The position numbers were made by a program, and so were the translations under genes. Positions 26,506 to 36,307 of a DNA stretch of 64,000 bases are shown piece by piece. The number at the start of each line of letters is the position of its first letter. Within the stretch, counting starts at the first letter, position 1. This DNA comes from an uncultured Parachlamydiaceae bacterium (GTDB lineage: Bacteria > Chlamydiota > Chlamydiia > Chlamydiales > Parachlamydiaceae). The stretch spans positions 448,001 through 512,000 of the forward strand of contig CAVULX010000003.1 in assembly GCA_963742415.1 (NCBI GenBank), read 5' to 3'. Below the pieces are notes generated by a model. That model saw only the letters and a list, made by a program, of their open reading frames with translations, was not told the DNA's origin and searched no databases.

Positions 26506-28176
26506 TTAATGATAAAAATACCTTTCTCCAGTAAAAATCATGCACATATTGAGTTCATCAGCCGCATTGATAATTTCTTGATCACGCATTCCGCCCCCTG
26601 GCTGGATAACGGATTGAATCCCCTGCGAAGCTGCATAACGGATGCTGTCGTCGAAAGGAAAGAACCCATCGCTGGCAAGGATACAATGTTTTAGATCCTT
26701 TATAGGATCATAATGGGGATCGTCATGGTGTTCTTGACGCAAGTTTTCGATCGCTTTCGGCAGGGCCAATCGTTGCAAGCTGTCTATCCGGTTTGGCTGC
26801 CCAACTCCCATTCCGAGCAATTGATAAAATCCCGGTTCGTATTCCCTGACGATGGCAATGGTATTTGATTTGGCAAATTGAACTGCTGAAATTGCGAAAT
26901 CCCATAATTTTTTTTGATTCGTTTGAGGCTGCTGCTTGGTGACGACTCCTAGCTTCGTTTTAGAAGAGGCGCTGCTGCTGCAGGGTTGAAATAACGAGTC
27001 CAGCGGAGGATGAAATTTCCGGTCTTTCTTTGTTTGAACGAGCATTCCACCGCTGATGCTTTTGTAAATTAAATCTTCAGATGGTTCAAAGCTAGTTTTG
27101 AGAAGCCTCAAGTTTGGCTTGGATGATTTGCTCCATTCAATAAACTGATGATCGAATTCCGGAGCCACGATCACTTCCACAAATTTATCTTTAAGAACAG
27201 GGATTAAATCGGAAGAGACTTTGGCGTTAAAGGCGATGACGCTACCAAAGGCGGATTTGGCATCGCACTCCCAAGCCTTTTCAAAAGCTCTTGTAGAGGT
27301 TTTTCCCGTCGCATAAGCGCACAAACTTCCATGTTTGACGATAGCGACGCCTGGATGTGCACCGATCATATTGAGCTCTTGAGCGGCATAATAAGCGAGC
27401 GTCCCATCTTCGTAGTTATTAAAAGAAAGTTCTTTTCCCGATAACATTTCAGCGTGGGCAATACCCGTTTGACCCTCGAACTGATAAACCCATCCCTGTT
27501 GGCTAGGATTTTCCCCGTAACGCAATTTCTTCCCTTGAGCAAGCTGAAGATTATGGGTCTCTTGATCTTCTCCCAATTTCACAAATTCTTTGGCCAGAGT
27601 CGCTTCGTAATCGGCGCTGACTTTCATCGCTTTTGCTGCCAGCCTTTGCCTCGTTTTTAAAGATAGGGCCCCCTTGTTTTCTGTTAATTCATGCAAGAGG
27701 GTTGGATAATCTTTTGAGTCTACAACAACAGCCACAGCTGCATAATTTTTGCTTGCGCTCCGGATTAAAGTTGATCCCCCAATGTCCATCGATTCGATCA
27801 GTTCATCCATATTGGGGCGTGGCTGCTTTTTCAATGCTCCCTTGAAGTCGTACAAATTGCAGACGACAAGGTCGATCGAGGGGATGTCCAGCTGCTTGGA
27901 TTCCTTTTCATCCAGGTTCCTGCGGAAAAGAATTCCCCCCATGATCCTGGGGTGGAGCGTCTTGACCCTATCTCCAAAACAGGCAGGAAAGTTTGTATAT
28001 TTATGTAACGGGGTATAAGGAATCCCATGGTCGGCAAGGGTTTTGGCTGTTCCCCCCGAGGCTATAATTTTGATGCGGGGATTAAGCTTCAGGAGGTTTT
28101 GCGCCAATTCACGGAGCCCGGTTTTATCCGTGACGCTAAATAAAGCCGTTTGGATTGGAATTTGTTCTGAACTCAT
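26506..28176 (-). CDS. purH: Bifunctional AICAR transformylase/IMP cyclohydrolase
   Basis: SVTDKTG, RVKTLHP, DIGG, LRYGENPSQ, KSAFG, ASDGFFPF, QPGG. Confidence 0.96.
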   Translation of the reverse strand: MSSEQIPIQTALFSVTDKTGLRELAQNLLKLNPRIKIIASGGTAKTLADHGIPYTPLHKYTNFPACFGDRVKTLHPRIMGGILFRRNLDEKESKQLDIPSIDLVVCNLYDFKGALKKQPRPNMDELIESMDIGGSTLIRSASKNYAAVAVVVDSKDYPTLLHELTENKGALSLKTRQRLAAKAMKVSADYEATLAKEFVKLGEDQETHNLQLAQGKKLRYGENPSQQGWVYQFEGQTGIAHAEMLSGKELSFNNYEDGTLAYYAAQELNMIGAHPGVAIVKHGSLCAYATGKTSTRAFEKAWECDAKSAFGSVIAFNAKVSSDLIPVLKDKFVEVIVAPEFDHQFIEWSKSSKPNLRLLKTSFEPSEDLIYKSISGGMLVQTKKDRKFHPPLDSLFQPCSSSASSKTKLGVVTKQQPQTNQKKLWDFAISAVQFAKSNTIAIVREYEPGFYQLLGMGVGQPNRIDSLQRLALPKAIENLRQEHHDDPHYDPIKDLKHCILASDGFFPFDDSIRYAASQGIQSVIQPGGGMRDQEIINAADELNMCMIFTGERYFYH

Positions 28177-29006
28177 TGATTTTTCTCCAAAAATTCAATC
28201 GCATTTTTAAATAAAAAAAATCCTGAACCGTAGGTGTCGTTTTTTTTATTTTTTCGATCCCAAAGTTCTTTATTCCTTGTCCACTGGGGGTGATGTGTAG
28301 AAAAAAGGGCAGCCTCGGGATGGGCCATCATCCCCAAAATTCTTCCTGTTGAGTCGGAAATGCCTCCAATATTCTGTTGAGAACCATTGGGGTTGCAGGG
28401 ATAAGTTGAAGCAACTTTCCCATTTTCATCAGCATACTGCAGTACGATTTGCTTGCCATTGACCAGTTGTTTCAGGGTGGATTCATCTTTAACGATAAAC
28501 TTACCCTCTCCATGCCTTATGGGAAGATAAAGTTGATCAATTCCTTGAGTAAAAACGGAGGATGACGGGCATACACGGTGGTTGACCCACCGGTTTTCGA
28601 AACTCCCAGAATCATTAGCAGCAAGAGATACAGATTGGGAATGCGCATTGGATCCTGGGAGCAATCCAAGCTTGACAAGCATTTGAAAACCATTGCAAAT
28701 GCCTAGAATGCAATTTCCTCGGGCCACAAAATCGATTAAACGTTGTTTCAAAGAGGTCGGGGATGAAGAGCGGACATGCGAAATTTTATTGGCCAAAACT
28801 TTGGCGGCCCCAAGTTCATCACCAAATGAAAATCCTCCGGGAAAGAGGATAAGGCGATATTTTTCTAATGGAAAATGGTGATCGAAAAAATGGCGCACAT
28901 GCATTGTACACGTGTCGGCGCCTGCTATTTTGCATGCCAGCGCAAGCTCTCTTTCACAATTAATGCCGTATCCTGAAATGACGAGAGCTTTTACTTTAGC
29001 CATCAC
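28173..29006 (-). CDS. purQ: FGAM synthase glutaminase subunit
   Basis: GINCE, PGGFSFGD, GICNGFQ, HGEG, NPNGS, GMMAHPE. Confidence 0.95.
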   Translation of the reverse strand: MMAKVKALVISGYGINCERELALACKIAGADTCTMHVRHFFDHHFPLEKYRLILFPGGFSFGDELGAAKVLANKISHVRSSSPTSLKQRLIDFVARGNCILGICNGFQMLVKLGLLPGSNAHSQSVSLAANDSGSFENRWVNHRVCPSSSVFTQGIDQLYLPIRHGEGKFIVKDESTLKQLVNGKQIVLQYADENGKVASTYPCNPNGSQQNIGGISDSTGRILGMMAHPEAALFSTHHPQWTRNKELWDRKNKKNDTYGSGFFLFKNAIEFLEKNQ

Positions 29007-32000
29007 TCTCCCTCCGAAATACCAGGAAATTTGCTCAAAGGTCTCTGCCAGTTTGCTTTTAGTGCCCTGACCTCTTCATCAATTAAAAGCGAACCATTTA
29101 ACCCTTTTATTTTCAGATATTTATGTGGAGTCACTTCGCCAATCCTTTGACAAATACAGTTTCTCATGCAATCTTCGAAGGCTTTTTTCTTCAAAGGATT
29201 GGCAGTGACGAGAAGACGGCTGGCTGATTCAGAAAATAAAATTTCACCTTCTGAGATCGGATCCTCAACAGGAATTAAACTGAGGTCGACCGAGATTCCC
29301 AAATCTCCACCAAAGGCTTTTTCAGCTAAAGCCACGGCAATCCCTCCTTCAGAGCAATCATGACAAGAAGAAACCAAGTTTAGTTCCATCGCTTGGTGCA
29401 AAGCTTGATAGGATTTCTTTGCTTTTTTCGCTTCCACTTTGGGAACATTTCCACCCTTTAACCCTTTGATAGATGCATATTCAGAACCACCGCATTCATT
29501 CTTGGTAGCACCGATGATATAAACCCAATCCCCCGCAACCTTAACATCTGTTGAAACGATTTTTTCAAGGGAGTGGACTTTTCCGATAGCTGTGATTAAA
29601 AGAGTTGGGGGAATGGAGATTTTGATAGCATCCATTTTGTAATCATTCTTCATGCTATCTTTGCCTGAGATAATTGGTGTTTCGAATTCTTTGGAAAAAA
29701 AGTACAAGGATTTAACTGCTCGCACGAGCTGTGCCAGCTTGTATTTTCCGTCGGGTGTTTTGTGTTCATCGTAAATGGGATCTGGCCAGCAAAAATTATC
29801 TAGAATAGAAATGCTGGAGGGATCGCAACCCGAGGCGACCAGGTTGCGGATCGCTTCATCTAAAGCGTTCGCAGTCATGTGGTAAGTATCCAAGCTGCTA
29901 TAACGGGGGCAAATTCCATTTGAAATCCCGATTCCCGCCTTTTCGGTTTCTTCCCAAAATTCTGTAGGAAATAGAATGGCAGCGTCACTGGGAGCATCTT
30001 GATATATCCCTGTCAATGGCTTGAGGACGGTTCCTCCTTGGACTTCGTGGTCGTACTGCCGAATGATCCTTTCTTTGCTGCAAATGTTGTAACTGGATAA
30101 CAAAGCATGCAAATCAGGCCCATAATCCCTCTTTTGTTCTAGCCGCAATTCCTGCATTTTTGGAGTTTTCCATTCGGCTTGTAGACGCTGCTGGGGCAAT
30201 CCTCCATGCAAAAAATGAAGAGGGAGAAGGGCGACAGTTTTTTCGTTAAATAAAACATGAAAATTCCCGTCCCCTGTAAAAAGCCCAAGCACACAAAGTT
30301 CGACTTCATGCAAATCAGCAAGAGCTTGCAGCTGCTCGAGGTTTTCTGGAGCTGCTGCCAAGGTCATTCTTTCTTGGGATTCGCTCAGCAATATTTCCCA
30401 CGGCAATATCTGGGGATGTTTCAATAAAGCTTTATCGAGATGGATCTTGCACCCGTCAGAAAGTTGTGCCAGCTCACCAACTGAAGAGGAAAACCCTCCT
30501 GCACCATTGTCTGTGATAGCTCGATAGAGGTTTTGGTCCCTTGCTTCAAGCAAAAAATCCTGCATTTTTTTCTGTGTGAAAGGATCCCCAATTTGCACTG
30601 CGCTTAAGGGGCTTCCTGCGTGGAATTCTTCTGAAGAAAAGGTGGCCCCATGGATTCCATCCTTTCCGGTTCGTCCGCCTGCGATGACAATCAGATCGCC
30701 TGGATGAATGACTTTTAGATGTGTGGAGGCTCCACCGATGGTGGAGGGCATCAACCCCACAGATCCACAATAGACAAGCGGTTTACCCAGATAACCTTCA
30801 TCAAAAACGATAGCTCCATTCACTGTAGGAATGCCGCTTTTGTTACCCCCGTGTTCAACCCCTTTGCGAACGCCTTCAAAGATACGCTTGGGATGCATTA
30901 ATCTTTTGTAAAGGCTTTTTTTGTAATTGGGTGGAGCAAAGCAGAAAACATCTGTATTGGCAATCAATCTTGCTCCAAGGCCAGCGCCTAAAATATCTCT
31001 ATTGACTCCCAATATACCTGTCAGGGCCCCGCCATAAGGATCTAAAGCTGAAGGGCTATTATGTGTTTCAACCTTTACGGCGAGATTGTAATTTTTATTA
31101 AAGCGGATAATCCCTGCATTATCGGTGAAAACAGAAACTAGCCAATCCACCTTTTTGGACAGCTCTTCCGTTGCTTTTTGAATGTATGTCTTAAATAAAC
31201 TGTCAATCTCCTCTGTTTTACCATCTTCTGTATAGGTGATTTTAGCATTAAAAATTTTATGTTTACAATGCTCGCTCCAAGTTTGGGCAATGGCTTCTAA
31301 TTCTACATCAGTAGGGTTTGAAGGCAACCCGTAACGGGCCCGGCTTTGGGCTGTTGTTTGTAAAGAATAATAATCTCGGATGGTTTGCATTTCGGCTAAA
31401 TTTAAAGCGAGCTGCCGTTGTTTGCTTAGCTCCATCAAAGCGTGGTCAGGAAGTTGAATATCAATCACTTCGGCATTATGGGATTTTTCCCGAATAGAAC
31501 CTGATCTTTTCGGATGGCGCCTGTTAGTTAGAATAATTGGATGGGAAGAATGGGAAGTGATTTTTTGAATATGAATATCTTCGATAAGGCTATTGCCCAA
31601 TAAGTCGTGGGCTATCTTATGGACTTCCGAATCGGATAAAGCCCCCTGTAAAAGATATTGTGTGGCTGTATAAACGTCTTCATCTTCGCCAAAAAGAAGC
31701 CCTGTAAAATCTTCGATCGTCGTTTTAGCTGTATCGGCCGATGTATTTGTGATCCCTGGTTTCAAAGCGATTTCAATGATCCAGTTGTAATCTTTATAAA
31801 GATCTTCTAAGAACACGTTCTCTTCGAGGAGGGGATCGATTAAGGGCCCATGAGCGATGGCGAAGAGCTGCTGCTCAGAGAAAGGCTTGAAGATGTAATA
31901 AGCTTTGATGATTTTAACAGCTTCGACTTGAATTTGAAGAAATTCCCTTATGGTGGCTGCGAGTTTTTTGCTCGCGTGGTTGCCCGCTTCAGACTTGTGT

Positions 32001-32053
32001 GCAATGCCTATTTTATGACAAACAGGAGTGGCCACTGAAGAGGTTATGCCCAT
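29003..32053 (-). CDS. purL: FGAM synthase synthetase subunit with N-terminal PurS-like extension
   Basis: AQTWSEHCKHKIF, KVETHNSPS, DGIHGATFSS, DNGAGG, SESQERM, ISGKDSM; ATG at 32053 overlaps the purM end. Confidence 0.96.
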   Translation of the reverse strand: MGITSSVATPVCHKIGIAHKSEAGNHASKKLAATIREFLQIQVEAVKIIKAYYIFKPFSEQQLFAIAHGPLIDPLLEENVFLEDLYKDYNWIIEIALKPGITNTSADTAKTTIEDFTGLLFGEDEDVYTATQYLLQGALSDSEVHKIAHDLLGNSLIEDIHIQKITSHSSHPIILTNRRHPKRSGSIREKSHNAEVIDIQLPDHALMELSKQRQLALNLAEMQTIRDYYSLQTTAQSRARYGLPSNPTDVELEAIAQTWSEHCKHKIFNAKITYTEDGKTEEIDSLFKTYIQKATEELSKKVDWLVSVFTDNAGIIRFNKNYNLAVKVETHNSPSALDPYGGALTGILGVNRDILGAGLGARLIANTDVFCFAPPNYKKSLYKRLMHPKRIFEGVRKGVEHGGNKSGIPTVNGAIVFDEGYLGKPLVYCGSVGLMPSTIGGASTHLKVIHPGDLIVIAGGRTGKDGIHGATFSSEEFHAGSPLSAVQIGDPFTQKKMQDFLLEARDQNLYRAITDNGAGGFSSSVGELAQLSDGCKIHLDKALLKHPQILPWEILLSESQERMTLAAAPENLEQLQALADLHEVELCVLGLFTGDGNFHVLFNEKTVALLPLHFLHGGLPQQRLQAEWKTPKMQELRLEQKRDYGPDLHALLSSYNICSKERIIRQYDHEVQGGTVLKPLTGIYQDAPSDAAILFPTEFWEETEKAGIGISNGICPRYSSLDTYHMTANALDEAIRNLVASGCDPSSISILDNFCWPDPIYDEHKTPDGKYKLAQLVRAVKSLYFFSKEFETPIISGKDSMKNDYKMDAIKISIPPTLLITAIGKVHSLEKIVSTDVKVAGDWVYIIGATKNECGGSEYASIKGLKGGNVPKVEAKKAKKSYQALHQAMELNLVSSCHDCSEGGIAVALAEKAFGGDLGISVDLSLIPVEDPISEGEILFSESASRLLVTANPLKKKAFEDCMRNCICQRIGEVTPHKYLKIKGLNGSLLIDEEVRALKANWQRPLSKFPGISEGE

Positions 32054-33009
32054 TTCATCTGCTCTCCAGAAATAATTCTTCCAATAACAAAGCATTCATG
32101 GTCGCGTTGACAAAGGGTTTCGGCCTCTTTAGGACTCAGAGCTAGGACCATTCCTATCCCCATATTAAAAGTCCGGTACATCTCAGGCTCTTCAATATTT
32201 CCAATTTCCTGGAGCCATCGAAAAATAGGGGGAATGGGCCAACTTTTCTTGGTGATCATCACAGACTTACCTGGAGGACACATTCGGGGAATGTTGTCGA
32301 TAAATCCACCCCCTGTGATATGGGCCATCCCTTTGATTTTAAAATGTTTCAAAATATTAAATATCTTTTTCACATAAATCCGGGTAGGGATAAGCAACGT
32401 TTCCCCTAATGTAAAAGGGGTATTTTTGAAAGATTGGTTTAAAGAGAGATTTGAGTCGCGGATGATTTTCCGAACTAAAGAATATCCATTGCTATGGAGA
32501 CCGCTCGAGGCAATACCGACTAAAAGGTCGCCGTTTTCAATTTTGCTGCCATCGATGAGTTCATTTTTTTTAACGATCCCCACTGTGAAACCTGCAAGAT
32601 CATATTCCCCTTCTTGATAGAAATCGGGCATTTCGGCAGTTTCTCCACCGAGCAATGGACACTCTGCCTGGTCGCACCCTTCCTTTATCCCTTTGAGGAT
32701 GCTTTCGGCTTTATCTATGTCTAATTTTGATGTTGAGAGGTAATCGAGAAAAAACAACGGCTTAGCCCCCGTTGTCAAAACGTCATTGACATTCATCGCT
32801 ACCAGGTCGATGCCGACGGTGTGGTGACGGTTCAGGGCAAAGGCAAGTTTGAGCTTGGTTCCTACTCCATCTGTGCTTGCTACGAGGTAGTTTTCCCCTA
32901 GTTCATAAAGGCCCCCAAACCCCCCGATTTCAGGGCAAAGGGATTTTAACCTCTTTACAAAAGCATTGCCGGCTTCAATGTCAACACCCGCTTCTTTATA
33001 AGTAGTCAT
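32044..33009 (-). CDS. purM: AIR synthetase
   Basis: YKEAGVDI, TDGVGTK, GGETAEMP, SSGLHSNGYSL, HITGGG, TFNMGIG. Confidence 0.97.
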   Translation of the reverse strand: MTTYKEAGVDIEAGNAFVKRLKSLCPEIGGFGGLYELGENYLVASTDGVGTKLKLAFALNRHHTVGIDLVAMNVNDVLTTGAKPLFFLDYLSTSKLDIDKAESILKGIKEGCDQAECPLLGGETAEMPDFYQEGEYDLAGFTVGIVKKNELIDGSKIENGDLLVGIASSGLHSNGYSLVRKIIRDSNLSLNQSFKNTPFTLGETLLIPTRIYVKKIFNILKHFKIKGMAHITGGGFIDNIPRMCPPGKSVMITKKSWPIPPIFRWLQEIGNIEEPEMYRTFNMGIGMVLALSPKEAETLCQRDHECFVIGRIISGEQMKWA

Positions 33010-33014
33010 AGAAC

Positions 33015-34214
33015 TTAATCTTTCATTTCATTAGTTAAAGTCGAACACAACTGTTGTAAATTTTGAGAGCAGCTGTAATCTTCCCAATCTTTTCCAAAAC
33101 CTTGGTGCACGTTTCCCTCTCTTTTTGCGGCTTCGGAACGTTGTTCAAGCTGGATTTTATTTTGGACGGCATGCTGGTGCAAAGAGGCAATGCCGGAAAC
33201 TCCCAGCTTATGGAGCCCTTGCCGCAATGCTTGCAAAATGACAGGGAACAATTCTGCTGCCGAACCTTGCTCTGGTATTAATCCTGAAACACCTTCTGGA
33301 ACACGAAAATTGGAATTTTGGACAGCATAGCGAAAAGAACTTCCCTGCTGCATGGCTTTTAAAGATCCCATCCCCCGAAATTCTTTAAATATGATCCCGT
33401 TCCTCTCTTCTTTTTTGCCTGGAGTTTCGGCAGTACCGGCCAGCAATGATCCCAGCATGACTGTACTGGCGCCTAAAGCCAGAGCTTTGACGATGTCAGA
33501 TCCTTTTTTGATTCCTCCATCAGCGATGACTGGCACTCCATACTTCCTGCATACATTCGAGCACTCATACACGGCAGTCGCTTGCCCTCTTCCGACACCG
33601 GCAACCTCTTGCGTGGTGCAAGTGGATCCTGATCCCATTCCGACCCGAATCGCATCAACTCCGGCCTGAATCAGGTCTTCGCAGGCAGAAGCGGTCACCA
33701 CATTGCCTCCAACGACTTGTAGATGAGGATATGTTTTTTTAATCCAAAGGATCAGATTTTTTTCAAATTCCGTGTGCCCTTGAGACGTATCAAAAACAAT
33801 TACATCGGCCAAACCTTGGATGACATGGATCCGCTCTTCAGCCTTGGCTGGCCATGTTTCTACGGCAGCCCCTACTAATAATCTGTTTGATTTGTCGAAC
33901 GCCGCAGAAGAGGAGGATCCAGCCGCAGCATAGGATTTCACTTTATGTAATTCTTCAAGCTGTTTCTGAGGAGTCAGATTAAAATGGATGAAGCCGATTC
34001 CCCCTTTTAAAGCCAACGCGATTGCCATCTCGGCTTCGGTGACTGTGTCCATAGGGGAACTAGTTAAAGGGATGTTCAACTGAATTTCGCGTGTCAGCTG
34101 TGCTTTAAGGTCGATTTGCTCTAACTGGAAGTCTACATACCCAGGCAACAAGATCAGGTCGTCATACGTGAGGCTATATCCTGCAAATTTATTAAAAAAG
34201 CTGTTGATTTCCAT
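33015..34214 (-). CDS. guaB: IMP dehydrogenase lacking the CBS subdomain
   Basis: SSPMDTVTE, GNVVT, GMGSGSTCTTQEV (catalytic Cys), IADGGI, FRGMGS, PEGVSG. Confidence 0.95.
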   Translation of the reverse strand: MEINSFFNKFAGYSLTYDDLILLPGYVDFQLEQIDLKAQLTREIQLNIPLTSSPMDTVTEAEMAIALALKGGIGFIHFNLTPQKQLEELHKVKSYAAAGSSSSAAFDKSNRLLVGAAVETWPAKAEERIHVIQGLADVIVFDTSQGHTEFEKNLILWIKKTYPHLQVVGGNVVTASACEDLIQAGVDAIRVGMGSGSTCTTQEVAGVGRGQATAVYECSNVCRKYGVPVIADGGIKKGSDIVKALALGASTVMLGSLLAGTAETPGKKEERNGIIFKEFRGMGSLKAMQQGSSFRYAVQNSNFRVPEGVSGLIPEQGSAAELFPVILQALRQGLHKLGVSGIASLHQHAVQNKIQLEQRSEAAKREGNVHQGFGKDWEDYSCSQNLQQLCSTLTNEMKD

Positions 34215-34301
34215 AATCGCAGCCGTCAGATAAAATTAACTTATACCTCATAATCATTCGGAGCTTTTATCGGCAATATTTTTTTACACTTTAGAGTCAA
34301 T

Positions 34302-34340
34302 TTGGAGTGCGTCGGCTTGACGCATACGCATCAAGCTGAG
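34302..34340. repeat. REP-like fragment TTGGAGTGCGTCGGCTTGACGC
   Basis: GC-rich hairpin GCTTGACGC-atac-GCATCAAGC between hicB and guaB. Confidence 0.4.
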
Positions 34341-34351
34341 CAAAGATGCTC

Positions 34352-34636
34352 TTAGATTAGGCCGATTTTAATTTTGTTGTATCTAACCATAAACGCAAAA
34401 GCAATTGAAGGATCTACTTGAACCTCTACAACGTTTCTAGTAAGAGAAATGGAATCGTCCGGAAGCGACGCTAGTTTCTTTGAATCTTTCTGTTCTTCAA
34501 TATAAAGATTTAAAGCTTCCTGCATATTTTCGCGCATTTCTTCCATTGAATCGGCTTGCGTAAAGCATCCTGACAATTCAATACATTCAGCCCAAAAACC
34601 ATCTTTCTCTTTATGTATTCTGAAATGGTATTTCAT
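34352..34636 (-). CDS. hicB: HicB-family antitoxin, orphan, apparently truncated before the C-terminal HTH
   Basis: GFWAECIELSGCFTQADSMEEMRENMQEALNLY; no room for hicA upstream (nadE ends 11 bp away). Confidence 0.8.
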   Translation of the reverse strand: MKYHFRIHKEKDGFWAECIELSGCFTQADSMEEMRENMQEALNLYIEEQKDSKKLASLPDDSISLTRNVVEVQVDPSIAFAFMVRYNKIKIGLI

Positions 34637-34647
34637 AACTAATCCCT

Positions 34648-36297
34648 TTAAACAAAGCCTTGGACAATAGGAAAGCGGCGCCCTATAGAGAAAGCTCTTT
34701 CAGACACACGCAATCCCGGCGGACTTTGCCGCCGCTTATATTCGTTGCGGTGGATGCGTAGAATAAGATCGTGGACCAACGATGGGTCAAGGTTGAATTT
34801 TTCACAAATTTTATCGGGGGAAAGATGATCCTCCACATAAGCTTGTAAAACACTATCGACAATGGCGTAATCGGGAAGGGAATCGGTGTCTTTTTGATTT
34901 GGCCGCAATTCCGCCGACGGACTCTTTTGAATTGTATTCAAGGGGATAATTTCATGAGTCCGATTGATCCACTTGGCGAGTTCGTAAACTTGTTGTTTAG
35001 ACACATCGTTGATGACTCCTAAACCGCCGCACATGTCACCATAAAGGGTAGCATACCCCATAGCGAGCTCGCTCTTATTCCCCGTGCTGAGGACAATGTA
35101 GCCGAATTTATTGGAAATAGCCATGAGGATCATCCCCCTGATTCTAGCTTGAATGTTTTCTTCAGTGACATCTTGTTTTTTTCCCGCAAAGGAGGGCGCA
35201 AGCAGCTCCAAATAAGAGGAAAAAGGGGATTCTATGGAAATTTCTTTTAAATCTATTCCTAAATTATCGGCCAATTGCCGAGCATCGGTAAAGCTGCTTT
35301 CGGAGGAAAAGCGGGAAGGCATATAAATTCCCAAAACATTTTCCTTCCCTAAGGCTTCGGCGGCAAGACAGGCAACTAATGCGGAATCTATTCCTCCAGA
35401 TAGTCCAAGGCACGCTTTTTTAAAGCCGGACTTTTGAAAATAATCCCGCAAGCCCATCACCAGAGCTTTATACAAGTCTTCAGTTTTATTTCTGTGAAAA
35501 GGGGGAATAGAAGAGTTTTTATCGAGATCGATTAAAAGGAGATCCTCCTCAAATCCTTTGGCAATCCCGGCTAAACCTCCCAAAACGTCCACATAGTAGC
35601 TATAACCATCGAATATCAAACTGTCATTCCCGCCTACTAAATTGCAAAGGAGAACAGGACAATGCAAAGATGCCGCTGCTTTAGCGCCCACTTTTATTCT
35701 TGATTCAATTTTGCCATAACTATAAGGAGAGGCTGAAAGATTTAGAACGAGATCGGGACTCAGGGGAATTAAATCTTCCACCGGATCACGCCGGTAGGTT
35801 GTAAATTTCAAAAATTCACTGTGTTGCCAAAGATCTTCACAAATTGTGATCCCCACATAGTATCCATATAAATTCCAAACTCTCGTCCCATAACCCGGCT
35901 CAAAATAGCGCCTTTCAGAAAAAACATCGTAAGTAGGCAGCAAGAGCTTATCTTGAAAGCCAACCAAAGCCCTATCTTGGATGACAGCTGCACTATTGAA
36001 TAAAGATTTTTCTGCGACGTCGGGGTTGGATCGAAGGGTGCCGACAATAGCGGTAATTCCTGCACTTGCGTGAATAATTTGCTCCAAAGACTTCATTGTA
36101 GCATCGATAAAGTGGGGAAGCAGCATCATGTCTTCGGGTGTATATCCTGTTAAAGCAAGTTCCGGAAACAAGATGATGTTGGCCTGCCGCTGCCGCCCTT
36201 GGTGCATGCAGGAAATAATCTTTTCCGTGTTCCCTTTAAGATCCCCTACTTTAGTGTTTATTTGTGCCATTAAGATGCGCATGTCTTTCCTTTCCAA
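34648..36297 (-). CDS. nadE: Glutamine-dependent NAD+ synthetase
   Basis: Nitrilase domain FPELALTGY, ICEDLW; synthetase GLSGGIDS, ENIQARIR, TGNKSE, PSAELRP. Confidence 0.96.
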   Translation of the reverse strand: MERKDMRILMAQINTKVGDLKGNTEKIISCMHQGRQRQANIILFPELALTGYTPEDMMLLPHFIDATMKSLEQIIHASAGITAIVGTLRSNPDVAEKSLFNSAAVIQDRALVGFQDKLLLPTYDVFSERRYFEPGYGTRVWNLYGYYVGITICEDLWQHSEFLKFTTYRRDPVEDLIPLSPDLVLNLSASPYSYGKIESRIKVGAKAAASLHCPVLLCNLVGGNDSLIFDGYSYYVDVLGGLAGIAKGFEEDLLLIDLDKNSSIPPFHRNKTEDLYKALVMGLRDYFQKSGFKKACLGLSGGIDSALVACLAAEALGKENVLGIYMPSRFSSESSFTDARQLADNLGIDLKEISIESPFSSYLELLAPSFAGKKQDVTEENIQARIRGMILMAISNKFGYIVLSTGNKSELAMGYATLYGDMCGGLGVINDVSKQQVYELAKWINRTHEIIPLNTIQKSPSAELRPNQKDTDSLPDYAIVDSVLQAYVEDHLSPDKICEKFNLDPSLVHDLILRIHRNEYKRRQSPPGLRVSERAFSIGRRFPIVQGFV

Positions 36298-36307
36298 TCG
36301 CTAAGGC

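Noticed and set aside
19484-33669. Numerous antisense and alternate-frame ORFs within pur genes (also across the core region)
   Set aside because: They overlap well-supported genes and lack motifs; treated as shadow ORFs
34215-34351. Purine or ZTP riboswitch upstream of guaB
   Set aside because: No recognisable aptamer consensus or terminator; a covariance-model search would be needed to exclude it formally
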